Notes: generated by a model from the sequence alone, not told the origin. 64,000 nt of DNA from Candidatus Latescibacterota bacterium (GCA_965206595.1 OZ242214.1:5344001-5408000), one strand, 5' to 3'. Shown: positions 10,280 through 20,556, counted from the first letter of the stretch. Numbers and translations are program-made.

Positions 10280-13200
10280 ATGTCGCGTCGCGGCAGCAGG
10301 CGTTTTGTGGCCGACGTGCACCTGCACTCGCGCCACTCGCGCGCAACCAGCAAAGAGCTCAACCCCGAAAACCTCCACAAGTGGTCGGCGCTGAAGGGCG
10401 TAGACGTCGTCGGTACCGCCGATTTCACCCACCCGGAATGGCTGGCGGAGCTGAAAGAGAAGCTCGTCCCTGCCGAGGAGGGGTTGTACCGGCTGCGCGA
10501 CGACCTGCTGGAAGCGGTGGAGGAGAAGCTGCCTGCCTCCTGCCGCGGCGAGGTGCGGTTTCTTCTTTCGGTCGAAATCAGCTCGATCTACAAGCGCCAC
10601 GGCCGCACCCGCAAGGTGCACAACGTCGTCATTCTTCCCGACTTCGCCGCGGCCGACCGCTTCAACCGGCGCCTGGGGCGGATCGGCAACCTCAAGTCGG
10701 ACGGGAGACCGATCCTCGGCCTCGACAGCCGCGACCTGCTCGAAATCTGTCTCGAGGTCTGCCCCGAGGTGCTGTTCATCCCAGCCCACATCTGGACCCC
10801 CCACTTCGCCGTGCTCGGTGCCAGTTCCGGCTTCGACAGCATGGAGGAGTGCTTCGACGACCTGCTGCCCCACATCCACGCGGTCGAGACCGGGCTGTCG
10901 TCCGATCCGCCGATGAACGGCCGCCTCTCGCAGCTCGACCGCTTCGCCATGGTTTCGAACTCCGACGCCCACTCGCCGCGCAAGCTGGCGCGCGAGGCGA
11001 CCTGCTTCGACACCGAGCTGTCGTACCGGGGGATGCTCGAGGCGCTGCGCGACCGCGATCCGCAGCGCTTTACCGGCACCATCGAATTTTACCCGGAAGA
11101 GGGGAAGTACCATTACGACGGCCACCGCAAGTGCGGCGTCTGCTGGACCCCGCCGCAGACCATCGCCGCCGGGGGGCTGTGCCCGGAATGCGGCCGCAAG
11201 GTGACCGTCGGCGTGCTCCATCGCGTCGAGAAGCTGGCCGACCGCGGCGAGGGGGAAGCCGCGCCGGAGCGCCGGTTCGAGCATCTCATCCCCTTGGAAG
11301 AGGTGATCGGCTCGGCACTCGGCGTCGGGCCCAACAGCAAGAAGGTGCAACGGATATACCACGCCCTCGTCGAGCAGCTCGGCCCGGAGCTCGACGTCCT
11401 GCGGACCGCCGACATTGCGAAGATCGCCCAGAGCGGAGGCCAGCCCCTGGTCGCCGAGGGTGTGCGGCGGATGCGCAGCGGCAAGGTGGCGATCGCGCCG
11501 GGATACGACGGCGAGTACGGCAGGATCGAGGTGTTCAGCGACGAAGAGCGACGCCGCATCGAGGGTCAGTCGCAGCTGTTCGACATGGGGGCGGTCCTCG
11601 ACGAGGAGTCGCTGCGGGCGGCAGAGGTCGTCGAGTCGGTGGCGGGGGACAGGGTCGGGCCCAGGGCCGAGACCCTGCTGGAGCAGGGCAGGGCGGTGAT
11701 GGAGGGCTTGCTGTTCTCCTGGACCGCGCTCGACGACGGGCAGCAGGCCGCGGTGGAGGAGCCCGCGGGGCCTGTGGTGGTTGCCGCCGGGCCGGGCTCC
11801 GGCAAGACGCGAACCCTGGTGCAGCGGATCGCCCACCTGGTCCGCCGCGAGGGGGTCTCTCCGGGCAAGATCTACGCCGTCACCTTCACCAACCGCGCCG
11901 CCGACGAGATGCGGCAGCGGCTGCGCGCCATGGACCCGCCGCTGCCGAACGTCGAGCGGGTATTCACCGGCACCTTCCACCGTCTCGCCCTGCAGCTGAT
12001 GGGCAACTTCCGCCGGAGCCCCGAAGCCGCCGTCATGGACGCACAGGACGCGCGGGCAATCGTCGCCGCGGTGATCGAGGAGCAGGGCGCAGGCTTGCGC
12101 CCTGCCGCGGCGCAGGAGCAGATCTCCCGGTGGAAGGCGGAGGGGCGGCTGCCGGCGCAGGTGCCGGCTTCCGAGGCCGGGCTTGCTGGCGTGTACGAGG
12201 GATACCAGCAGCGGCTGGCGCGCCTTGGAGCGCGGGACTACGACGACATCCTTCTCGATTTCCTGCACCTGCTCGAGGAGGAAGGGTTCGCCGCCTACGC
12301 CGCCGGCTGCATTCAGTGCCTTCTGATCGACGAGTTCCAGGACGTCAACGCCGTCCAGTACCGCCTGGCGGTCAGGCTGGCCGGCGACGGCCGCGGCCTC
12401 TTCGTCATCGGCGATCCCAACCAGTCGATTTACGGCTTCCGCGGCGCCGACCCGGCGTACTTCGACCGCCTCGGGTCGGCTTTTCCCGGAATCAGGCGCA
12501 TCCACCTGACCACCAACTACCGCTCGGCGCCGTACCTGGTGCGGGCCGCCCGTTCCCTTATCGGCCTTGAAGAAGAAGCCGGCGGCAACGGGGCCGCCGC
12601 CGCGGCTCGCGGCGCCATCCGCATAGTCGCGACCGACAGCGAGATGTCGGAGGCGATCGCCGTGGTCAGGGAGATCGGCCGCCTCGTCGGGGGCGCCGAC
12701 ATGATCGCTTCCGACAGCGCCGCGGGAAGCGGTGGCGGGGGATACAGCTTCGGCGATATCGCCGTGCTGTTCCGCACCGGGAGGCAGGCGGAGGTGCTGG
12801 AGACCTGCTTCCTGACCGAAGGACTTCCGTACCGCCTCATCGGGCAGCGCGGTTTTCTCGAGACCCCCGCGGTGCGCCAGGCACTGGCCTTCTGGCGCTA
12901 CGTCGCGCAGCCGGACAGCGGCCTGCGACTGCTCGAGGCGTTGCGCCGGGATCCGTTCAACCCGGGTCGCGCCGCCATGACGCAGATCACCGCGGCCGTG
13001 CTCGAGACCACCGGGCCGGTGGACCTGGCGACCCTCGCTGCAGCGCTTTCGGAACGGGAGCGCGCCAAGATCGCGACCCTGACGGAGGCGGCAGGGCGCT
13101 ACCGGAGTCGGGCGGGGGAGCCGCCGGCCGACCTGCTGCGCTCCTGGCAGCAGGAGTTCGGTGCCGGCGCGGCGGGGGAAGAGACGGGTTTCTCCCGTTT

Positions 13201-13630
13201 CGTTGCCCTCGCCGAGACCGCGGAAACCGTGGACCAGCTCCTCGAGCGGGTGGTGCTTGGTCAGGACGCCGACATCGAGCGCCGCGGCGGCGCCAGGCAG
13301 GCGGAGGCGGTTAGCCTGATGACCATGCACGCCGCCAAGGGACTGGAGTTCCCGGTGGTGCTGGTCTGCGGCGTCGAGGACGGGATGGTACCGCTGGCAG
13401 AACCGGGGAGGGAGTGCGACGAAGAGGAGGAGCGGCGCCTGTTTTACGTCGCCGTTACGCGCGCGGGGAAGGAACTGGTCCTGTTCCGCGCCCGCAGCCG
13501 CATGCGGCACGGGCAGCGGGTGCAGTTGCAGAAGTCGCGGTTCGTGGGCATGATACCCGAGGCGCTCGTGCGGGAAGAGGAAGAGGCGATGTCCGAGTCG
13601 CGGCGGGGGCGCCAACTGAGCCTGTTCTGA
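10280..13630 (+). CDS. Endonuclease Q-like PHP domain fused to UvrD/PcrA-type SF1 helicase
   Basis: DVHLHSRHS, HIWTP, SNSDAHS, CxxC/CPxC; AGPGSGKT, DEFQD, GDPNQSIYGFRGA, TMHAAKGLEF, EERRLFYVAVTRA. Confidence 0.9.
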   Translation: MSRRGSRRFVADVHLHSRHSRATSKELNPENLHKWSALKGVDVVGTADFTHPEWLAELKEKLVPAEEGLYRLRDDLLEAVEEKLPASCRGEVRFLLSVEISSIYKRHGRTRKVHNVVILPDFAAADRFNRRLGRIGNLKSDGRPILGLDSRDLLEICLEVCPEVLFIPAHIWTPHFAVLGASSGFDSMEECFDDLLPHIHAVETGLSSDPPMNGRLSQLDRFAMVSNSDAHSPRKLAREATCFDTELSYRGMLEALRDRDPQRFTGTIEFYPEEGKYHYDGHRKCGVCWTPPQTIAAGGLCPECGRKVTVGVLHRVEKLADRGEGEAAPERRFEHLIPLEEVIGSALGVGPNSKKVQRIYHALVEQLGPELDVLRTADIAKIAQSGGQPLVAEGVRRMRSGKVAIAPGYDGEYGRIEVFSDEERRRIEGQSQLFDMGAVLDEESLRAAEVVESVAGDRVGPRAETLLEQGRAVMEGLLFSWTALDDGQQAAVEEPAGPVVVAAGPGSGKTRTLVQRIAHLVRREGVSPGKIYAVTFTNRAADEMRQRLRAMDPPLPNVERVFTGTFHRLALQLMGNFRRSPEAAVMDAQDARAIVAAVIEEQGAGLRPAAAQEQISRWKAEGRLPAQVPASEAGLAGVYEGYQQRLARLGARDYDDILLDFLHLLEEEGFAAYAAGCIQCLLIDEFQDVNAVQYRLAVRLAGDGRGLFVIGDPNQSIYGFRGADPAYFDRLGSAFPGIRRIHLTTNYRSAPYLVRAARSLIGLEEEAGGNGAAAAARGAIRIVATDSEMSEAIAVVREIGRLVGGADMIASDSAAGSGGGGYSFGDIAVLFRTGRQAEVLETCFLTEGLPYRLIGQRGFLETPAVRQALAFWRYVAQPDSGLRLLEALRRDPFNPGRAAMTQITAAVLETTGPVDLATLAAALSERERAKIATLTEAAGRYRSRAGEPPADLLRSWQQEFGAGAAGEETGFSRFVALAETAETVDQLLERVVLGQDADIERRGGARQAEAVSLMTMHAAKGLEFPVVLVCGVEDGMVPLAEPGRECDEEEERRLFYVAVTRAGKELVLFRARSRMRHGQRVQLQKSRFVGMIPEALVREEEEAMSESRRGRQLSLF

Positions 13631-13633
13631 ACG

Positions 13634-14488
13634 ATGACGGACACCCGGCTGACGCAGCAGCAGATCGACTTCTTCAACACCTTCGGCTACCTCTGTTTCC
13701 CCGGCCTGCTGGCCGACTGCATCGACGGCATCATCGCCGAGTTCGAGCGCATCTGGGAGCGGCACGGCGGCGGCCACCACGGCAGGCCCCACGACAGGCC
13801 CCACGACGAGGGCCAGCGCTCCTGCATCGTGCCGTTCCCCGACAAGAGCGAGTACCTCAGCAGCCTTCTCGACGACCCGCGCATCCACGACATCGCCGCC
13901 GGCCTGCTCGGTGAGGACTTCAACTACACCAGCGGCGACGGCAACCTCTACGTCGGCGACACCCGCTGGCACTCCGACGGCTACAGCGGCACCCGCATCC
14001 CCAGCATCAAGATCGCCTTCTACCTCGACCCGGTGACCGCCGACACCGGCGCCGTGCGCGTCATCCCCGGCAGCCACCACTGCGGCGACGCCTACGCCGA
14101 CAGCCTCGAGCGATCCGTCAGGGAGAGCGGGGAGCAGTGGGGCGTCGCCCCCGAGGAAGTGCCGGCCGTCATCGTCGAGACCGAGCCGGGGGACATCGTC
14201 GTCTTCTGGCACAACACCAAGCACTCGGCCTTCGGCGGCTCGGTGCGACGCCGCATGTACACGATGAACTTCTACGAGCACGTCCCCGAGGAGCGCCTTG
14301 AGGATTTCCAGAACGCCCTGGCGAACGAGGGACGCTTCTGGATCGATCACATCCTGGGTGAAGAGATGTTGAGAACCGCGGGACCGGAGCGCATGGTGCA
14401 CCTGCGGCAGGTCATCGAAAACGATTTCAAGGTGAAGGAAGTTCACGCCCGCATGCGGGCGGAGCGTTCGGAACCGTCCCGGGGATGA
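13634..14488 (+). CDS. Phytanoyl-CoA dioxygenase (PhyH) family protein
   Basis: FFNTFGYL, WHSD, GAVRVIPGSH, PGDIVVF...H. Confidence 0.85.
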   Translation: MTDTRLTQQQIDFFNTFGYLCFPGLLADCIDGIIAEFERIWERHGGGHHGRPHDRPHDEGQRSCIVPFPDKSEYLSSLLDDPRIHDIAAGLLGEDFNYTSGDGNLYVGDTRWHSDGYSGTRIPSIKIAFYLDPVTADTGAVRVIPGSHHCGDAYADSLERSVRESGEQWGVAPEEVPAVIVETEPGDIVVFWHNTKHSAFGGSVRRRMYTMNFYEHVPEERLEDFQNALANEGRFWIDHILGEEMLRTAGPERMVHLRQVIENDFKVKEVHARMRAERSEPSRG

Positions 14489-14710
14489 GGTTTCTGGCGG
14501 TGGCGACAGGCCGCGACTGAAGGTTCCCAGAGAGTGAAGTGCAGGCTGGCGGATCATGCCGGCCAGATAACTGGTGAAGCTTCCACCAAACCGCTTTCCA
14601 ACCATTACTTCCGTTCGAGCTTTTCTACCCCAGGAGCTCGCATTCCCACCTTGGAATTTGGCGCGCCACGGCTGCGGTACATGGCCGGCACCAAGCCTCG
14701 GATCCAAAGG

Positions 14711-15460
14711 TTATTTACAGAGAAGGTCGGCTGTTGAGGAATAGCCGTTCTCCGTAATGGCGTCCCGCAGGAAATCGAACGGAAGAGCACGAGGTTCAGC
14801 CTCTTTTTTCCAGCGGCCGACCGCCTCCGGCCGTACCACGATCCGTGCCAGCGGGATGCCCAAAAAAGCCTCGAGTCGTGTGAGCGTCTCCTCCTGTTTC
14901 AGCACGAAGTCCTCGAAACGGATCTCGATCACCTGTTTCGGCCTCGGTGTGGCTTTCATCAGCTGGTATTGATAGAACCAGGAGATCGCCCGCATTTCGT
15001 GAACATCCTCGGACTGGGGGTAATCAATCCCGAACTTGCGTAAATCGTCCGTTTTGTGGCCGCCAAGAATGCAATCCCTCGGATCGCGGATCCAATGAAT
15101 GAACCGGGCATCTGGAAACAGGCGGGTCATCCACGGATAGACGAGGGTCGTCTCAGGTATCTTCCACCCCTTGTGCGCGGACGGGTTATGCAACACGTCC
15201 TCCAGGTAGGTGTGGATGTGGCGCTCGAACTCGCGGTCGATCGGCATCGAAAACAGGGGATCGAAGTTCCACGACAGCCCACCCTTCCATTCGACGTATT
15301 GGGCCATGACCCGGCAGGCGTCGTACATCGCCTGCCCCGGCACCTTGTCCCCGGATGGGTTCAGCCGGCTTCCCATGTATAACCCACTGGCGTACAAGGT
15401 GTGGGAAATGGCACGCGTCCCGGAATGACCGCGGCCGATCACTGTGATCAGGGTTTCCAT
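14711..15460 (-). CDS. Sulfotransferase family protein
   Basis: GRGHSGT (5'-PSB-like), GWKIP, IHWIRDPRD, IRFEDFV, VGRWK. Confidence 0.8.
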   Translation of the reverse strand: METLITVIGRGHSGTRAISHTLYASGLYMGSRLNPSGDKVPGQAMYDACRVMAQYVEWKGGLSWNFDPLFSMPIDREFERHIHTYLEDVLHNPSAHKGWKIPETTLVYPWMTRLFPDARFIHWIRDPRDCILGGHKTDDLRKFGIDYPQSEDVHEMRAISWFYQYQLMKATPRPKQVIEIRFEDFVLKQEETLTRLEAFLGIPLARIVVRPEAVGRWKKEAEPRALPFDFLRDAITENGYSSTADLLCK

Positions 15461-15641
15461 ATGCGAGTTGAGTGCCTGTCCGCGAAAATCCCACGCGAAT
15501 CTGGAATGATACCGCCCATGGATACACTGCCCGAAAATCTGGACACAAGAAGCCCTGCAGCATAGAGTTCCGGCCTTTCGCCGAGGCCAGGGGTGTGTCC
15601 GCCCAAGGTCGCTGAAAATCTACTCCCACGGAGATTGCACC

Positions 15642-16400
15642 ATGAGCTCAAATGGAAAGGTCGCCCTCGTTACCGGGGCGGGAAGCGGTATCGGTCAGTG
15701 CACCTCCCTTGCCCTGCTGAAGGAGGGATACTCGGTGGTGTTGGCCGGCAGGCGCGAGGAGGCGCTGCAGTTGACGGTCGATCTCGCCGGGCAGGATGGG
15801 GAACGCACCCTTCCCGTGCCGTCGGATGTCACCGATCCCGATGCGGTGCGGGCGTTGTTCGCGAAAACGAAGGAGGAGTTCGGGCGCCTGGATCTGCTGT
15901 TCAACAACGCCGGCATGGGGGCGCCCGGGGTGCCCCTGGAGGATCTGACCTTCGAGCAGTGGACGGCGGTCGTCAACGTCAACCTTACCGGGGTGTTCCT
16001 GTGCACGCAGGAGGCGTTCCGGATCATGAAGGACCAGGATCCGCGCGGCGGCCGCATCATCAACAACGGCTCGGTGTCGGCGCACGTGCCGAGGCCCAAC
16101 TCGACGCCGTACACGGCGACCAAGCACGCCGTTCAGGGATTGACGCGGGTAACCTCGCTCGACGGCAGGAAGTACGACATCGCCTGCGGGCAGATCGACA
16201 TCGGCAACGCCGCTACGGATATGACCCAGCGGATGAATGACGGGGTTCCGCAGCCCAACGGGTCGATGATGGTGGAGCCGCGCATGGACGCCGACGACGT
16301 GGCGCGGGCGGTGGTGTACATGGCCAGCCTGCCGCTGGAGGCCAACGTGCAGTTCATCACGGTGATGGCGACGAAGATGCCGTATATCGGACGGGGGTGA
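15642..16400 (+). CDS. Short-chain dehydrogenase/reductase
   Basis: [17 protein letters not shown]. Confidence 0.92.
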   Translation: MSSNGKVALVTGAGSGIGQCTSLALLKEGYSVVLAGRREEALQLTVDLAGQDGERTLPVPSDVTDPDAVRALFAKTKEEFGRLDLLFNNAGMGAPGVPLEDLTFEQWTAVVNVNLTGVFLCTQEAFRIMKDQDPRGGRIINNGSVSAHVPRPNSTPYTATKHAVQGLTRVTSLDGRKYDIACGQIDIGNAATDMTQRMNDGVPQPNGSMMVEPRMDADDVARAVVYMASLPLEANVQFITVMATKMPYIGRG

Positions 16401-16497
16401 GACGGTCCTTCGGGCCGTCCTGCACCGGTGACGAAGCAGGGATTTCGAAAAGGGATTTGGGGGAAGCCGATGTGCAGGCGGTAACCGCGGGGGGAAG

Positions 16498-18462
16498 TCA
16501 GGTGGCGCTCGCCGCCTCCGCCGGTTCCGGGTTGAGCAGCGTCGCTATGTGCACCGCCTGGAACAGGGTCGCCGGCTCCAGCTGTGTCCGCAGGGCCCGC
16601 TTCCTCGGCAGCAGCGTCGTTTCCCCCAGCATCGGAGGCGACACCACGACCTCGACCCGGCCGGGGTTGATGTCGTGGTTGCCCCGCGGGCACTTGGGCC
16701 AGACCTGGTGAATGCCGCGAAACGCCATCGGCACGATCACCGTGTCCTGCGGCAGGTAGGCGAACAGGGCGTGTTGCATCGGCAGGATCTGCAGCGCGAA
16801 GGCGGCCACCGTCCCGGCTCCGTATACCACTCCCGCCCGCTGCTCCAGCAGCTCGGCGAAGCGCTGCGTCGGGTTGCCGGTGTCCCTGCTGCGGCGCAGG
16901 ATGACGTAGCCGTCCACTTCTTCGCTCAAGGTGTCGATGCGGTCCGGGTCGATGCCGATCAGCGAAAACTCCCTTCCCCCGATCCGGACCGCGGTGGCGT
17001 CGAGCAGCCGCTCCCGCGACAGGATGGTGCACGGCCGCGGCCTTTCCCATCCCATTGCCCGGCACAGCTGCGGCGACTGCAGGACGCAGTACATCACCGG
17101 GTGGTCGAGCAGGCTGAGATGGGTCGGCAGGAAGGCGACCTTGCGAGCCCCCGGCTCTCCCAGCCGCAACTCGCGGGCAATCTCCTCGAACAGAGGGTCG
17201 ACGATCACATCCAGTTCGATGCCGAACAGGTCGAGCACCTTGTCGCCCATGTCGAGCATGCTCTTCCACGCCTCCTCGATACGCACCTGCTCCGGGATCT
17301 CGGGGCGCCAGAGCTTCATCTTTATCCTGCGTGTCTTGCGGAAGAGTCGCAGCCATGCCAGCAGCCGCGCGCGGCGTTTCCAGGAGGAGATCGTCTGCTT
17401 CTTTCCGACGCCGGGGTGCTCGAGAAAACGTCCTGCCTTGCCGTCGTGGAAAAACAGGGGAACCTCCACCGGGGGAATTTCGTCCCCGCCGCGGGCGCGC
17501 TTGAGCAGGGCGTTCGCCTTGGGAATCAGGGCGGTTACCAGGTCGATCATGTCCCGCGTGAGATAGCTGTACTGCTGGCCGTACCAGTATTCGCGCGGCC
17601 GGATTTGGGCCGGGTCCTCGAGGTGGGCATTGAGGAACTTCAGCAGCATCCCCTGCGCCAGGCGCACGTGCAGTTCGAGCTTCTCCAGCCAGCGGCGCCG
17701 GACCTTGCCCCGCAGCTTCGAGACGAGCAGGTCGAGGTCGGTGACCGCCTTCCAAATAGAGATCCCGAACCAGATGAAGTTGCTGAAGGTGTTGAAGCGG
17801 ACGGCGAGGTGCTCGCCGGCAGCGAGCATGCCGACCACGGCTTCGGCAATGCCGGTGAGAAGGTCGCGCAGCGTCGCCGTACGCCGTTCCCCCGAGGCGG
17901 TGGTGCAGGAGTACTCCTCCGCCCAGCGGGGATCGTCGGGGTCGGCGTTGCGGTGCACTCTTTCCGCGACCGAGCTCGCCAGCGCCAGGGGCGCGCGGGC
18001 GACGCGGAACTCGACGAGAGCGGCCTCTCCCTCGTCGAGGGGTACCGGGTCTTCGCGGCGCAGGGCTTCGAGGTAGACGGTCTGGTAGAGTTGCAGTAAG
18101 TCGCGCTCGTCCCCCGCGCCCCGTTCCCGGAACTGGTCCTGAATCTGGGCGAAGAGGCGGTTGCTTTCGTGGTAGGCGGGAAGCCTTTCGCTGTAGCGTT
18201 CGTACGCTTCCCCGAGGCGGCTGTCGCGGCGGGAGGGCGTGCCGTCGTAGATCTCGGCGATGAGAACTGCCCGCCTGGCGAGGGCTTCGGTGCCGGGCAC
18301 CTGCCCCGGACCTGGACTGCAGGGCCAGGCGACCTCTTCGGGATTCCAGCCGGCGAAGTGCCCGTCGGCGCGGGCAACGCGCAGAAGCTCCTGCGCGGCT
18401 TCGTCGTACCTGGAGAGGATCTTCTCGAGATTTTCGCTGACCTGGGCGAGGGCTTCCTTCAC
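16498..18462 (-). CDS. Large protein with C-terminal PlsC/LPLAT-like acyltransferase domain
   Basis: FLPTHLSLLD (HxxxxD), IVPMAFRG...WPK...PGRVEVVVSPP; ~380-aa N-terminal region not recognised. Confidence 0.6.
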   Translation of the reverse strand: MKEALAQVSENLEKILSRYDEAAQELLRVARADGHFAGWNPEEVAWPCSPGPGQVPGTEALARRAVLIAEIYDGTPSRRDSRLGEAYERYSERLPAYHESNRLFAQIQDQFRERGAGDERDLLQLYQTVYLEALRREDPVPLDEGEAALVEFRVARAPLALASSVAERVHRNADPDDPRWAEEYSCTTASGERRTATLRDLLTGIAEAVVGMLAAGEHLAVRFNTFSNFIWFGISIWKAVTDLDLLVSKLRGKVRRRWLEKLELHVRLAQGMLLKFLNAHLEDPAQIRPREYWYGQQYSYLTRDMIDLVTALIPKANALLKRARGGDEIPPVEVPLFFHDGKAGRFLEHPGVGKKQTISSWKRRARLLAWLRLFRKTRRIKMKLWRPEIPEQVRIEEAWKSMLDMGDKVLDLFGIELDVIVDPLFEEIARELRLGEPGARKVAFLPTHLSLLDHPVMYCVLQSPQLCRAMGWERPRPCTILSRERLLDATAVRIGGREFSLIGIDPDRIDTLSEEVDGYVILRRSRDTGNPTQRFAELLEQRAGVVYGAGTVAAFALQILPMQHALFAYLPQDTVIVPMAFRGIHQVWPKCPRGNHDINPGRVEVVVSPPMLGETTLLPRKRALRTQLEPATLFQAVHIATLLNPEPAEAASAT

Positions 18463-18529
18463 GCCGCCAAGATAAGCCAGGGCCGTACGGGGCTACAAAT
18501 GCCAACTTGTCGCGGAGTGGGTCCCGGAA

Positions 18530-19609
18530 TCAGGGCTTGAGGGCGCGAATGACGCGGGTGCCGTCCGTGAGCTCGCGCAGCTCGGGATCGGCACAGCCGG
18601 CCTGGCGCAGCCAGTCGCCGTGCTCTTCCTGGGTGAACGAGCGTCCCTCCTCGTAGATGTTGAGGAAGACGAGGTTGAACAGCGCTCCTTTGGCAGGTGT
18701 CGTACGGCTGTCGTCGAGGATGCCGGCGCCGATGACGTAGAGGGCGCCTCCCGAGCGCAGGAGCCCGGCAGCGCGGCCGACGACCCGGGACGCCTGCCCG
18801 GGGTCCAACACCTGCAGGAAGGAGACCATCAGCACCGCGTCGAAGGAGCCGGGGGCCAGTCGGGAGCGGTCGGGTTCCGGCATCGCCACCCGGCCGGCAG
18901 TGAGGTCGGAGGCGACGATTTCGATTCTCTCCGCGGCCGGGGATTGCGAGACGAAGTCTCTGGTCACCTCCGCGACGAGGGGCAACTCCACCGCGGTTGC
19001 GCGGAGTTCGGGCAGTTCCTCGGCGAGGCCGATGAGGAGACCTCCCGAACCGCTGCCGATATCGGCTACGCGGCGGCAGCGTCCGAGCCATCCGCTGCCC
19101 GCCAGCTCGCGTCCTCGCTGGAGAGCAGCGGAATGCAGTCCCCCGAGAAAGGTGGTCAGCTCCTCTCGGGGCATGGCGGCGAAATTCTTCTCTGCAAGCG
19201 GCCTGCCTGCCCGGATCGAATCCGCGGTTTTGAGGGCGGCGTCCCAGAGGATGGCGAGCAGCTCCTGGTGGCCGGCGAGGTACCCCGCTTTTCCCGGCAC
19301 GAGGAAGCGGCTGGCCTCGGCGCTGTTGCGGAAGCGCGGCTCATCCTCGTCCGGCGTCCCGGGCGCGGCCGGTTTTTCGATGGCGAGCAACTCGACCGCG
19401 GCCAAGGCGTACAACAGCTGGTCCAGGCGCCGGCGGTCGGCGCCGAGGCGATCGGCCAGTTCGGCCGCGGTGGCAGGACCGTTTTCCAGCAGTGCGAAAA
19501 GGTCGAGCCGCAACCCCGCCAGCAGGGCAAAGGAGGGCAGGATTTCAAGCAGCTTCTCCAGCCGTTCCCTACCGGTTGCGTCCGTGGTCACGTGTTGGTA
19601 TCCGGACAT
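18530..19609 (-). CDS. O-methyltransferase (dimerisation + Methyltransf_2 type)
   Basis: AGLRLDLFALL...AELA wHTH; DIGSGSG SAM motif; EGRSFT...W...AG. Confidence 0.85.
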   Translation of the reverse strand: MSGYQHVTTDATGRERLEKLLEILPSFALLAGLRLDLFALLENGPATAAELADRLGADRRRLDQLLYALAAVELLAIEKPAAPGTPDEDEPRFRNSAEASRFLVPGKAGYLAGHQELLAILWDAALKTADSIRAGRPLAEKNFAAMPREELTTFLGGLHSAALQRGRELAGSGWLGRCRRVADIGSGSGGLLIGLAEELPELRATAVELPLVAEVTRDFVSQSPAAERIEIVASDLTAGRVAMPEPDRSRLAPGSFDAVLMVSFLQVLDPGQASRVVGRAAGLLRSGGALYVIGAGILDDSRTTPAKGALFNLVFLNIYEEGRSFTQEEHGDWLRQAGCADPELRELTDGTRVIRALKP

Positions 19610-20118
19610 GGGATCGAGTGGTTTTTCCCGGTTAACCCGGAGTGAGGAGCGGCTGTCATTCCGCGGTGAATTGGCAATACCCGTTAGCCGGCGGCCTCCG
19701 GGTCGATGCCGCCGCGGGATTTCCGCTGAAGGCCCCCTTTCCGGCAAGAAGGCCGGGGATTGTGAACGGAGCAGGGAAAATGGAAAACTGCTTTTCGGGC
19801 AGGTCGCGGCTCCGGGCGAGTTTCGCGGATTCATGGGAAAGGTGCCGGCAATTTTGTCAAAAGGTCAATCGGCAGGCTGCTATCGCTGCAGCGATAGCCC
19901 GCCTCCGGGGCCGCGGTGGATGGCAAGCGTCAGGGACAGGGCAAGCATCCACCAGAACAGCCGCTGAATTGCAGCCGCCGAGGCGCTCCACATTCGCAAT
20001 CTGTGAATCATCGCAATCCTTTCATCGCAAGGTCGGGTGGTCGGAGACGATTGGATCCGTCTCCGCGGCAGGTTTCACGCCTTTCACGGGACCTTTGCCT
20101 CGACCATCGTCGCGCCGC

Positions 20119-20208
20119 TCAGGTGAGGAACGGAGCGGCGATGAAAACGAAGAGGCTGACGAGTCCGTACATCAGGCCTTGGTTCAACAGTTCGCGTCGG
20201 ATGGGCAT
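20119..20208 (-). CDS. Putative 29-aa hydrophobic small protein
   Basis: MPIRRELLNQGLMYGLVSLFVFIAAPFLT; AAAGGAGG SD, but only 1 nt before the ATG (7 nt before in-frame ATC); GC3-rich codons. Confidence 0.4.
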   Translation of the reverse strand: MPIRRELLNQGLMYGLVSLFVFIAAPFLT

Positions 20209-20287
20209 GCCTCCTTTCGAGTGTAGCTTCTTTCGATTCCGGAATCCGTATCCCCTGCAGCCTCCCGCGCCTGCCGGTGCCGGCACG

Positions 20288-20320
20288 AAAAAACCGCAGA
20301 CACTCCAGGTGTCTGCGGTT
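20288..20320 (-). terminator. Intrinsic terminator
   Basis: AACCGCAGACAC-CTGGA-GTGTCTGCGG-TTTTTT on minus strand. Confidence 0.8.
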
Positions 20321-20530
20321 CGTCCCGCCGGACAGGGACCCATGAGGGGCCGGTCCGGTCATTTGCAGGGGCGTCGGCTCCGCCGGGCCGCACTCGCACA
20401 CACCTTCAAGTTTTCTCGAAGGAGAACTGGGCTGAGTGCGATCGGCAGCGTTCTTATCTCAGCTCGTTCCTTCGGTTGTCAACAGATGAGCCATGCGTTC
20501 CTCGAGTCTTATGCATGGTGAACAGTTGCA
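20288..20530 (-). ncRNA. Candidate sigma54-dependent small RNA or attenuator leader
   Basis: Bounded by the sigma54 promoter and terminator; internal stems 20389-95/20434-40, 20413-17/20422-26, 20375-78/20382-85; no convincing protein-coding ORF. Confidence 0.5.
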
Positions 20531-20540
20531 CCAACCAAGT

Positions 20541-20556
20541 TGCAACATTTGTGCCA
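20541..20556 (-). promoter_or_regulatory. Sigma54 (-24/-12) promoter
   Basis: TGGCAC-AAATG-TTGCA matches consensus TGGCAC-N5-TTGCW. Confidence 0.75.

Noticed and set aside
9191-14707. 1838-aa minus-strand ORF
   Set aside because: Shadow of the EndoQ-UvrD and PhyH genes (and out of frame with the enolase) in high-GC DNA; no motifs
19640-19760. GC-rich pairing upstream of the O-methyltransferase as a SAM/SAH riboswitch
   Set aside because: No match to consensus cores; pairing is expected by chance at this GC content
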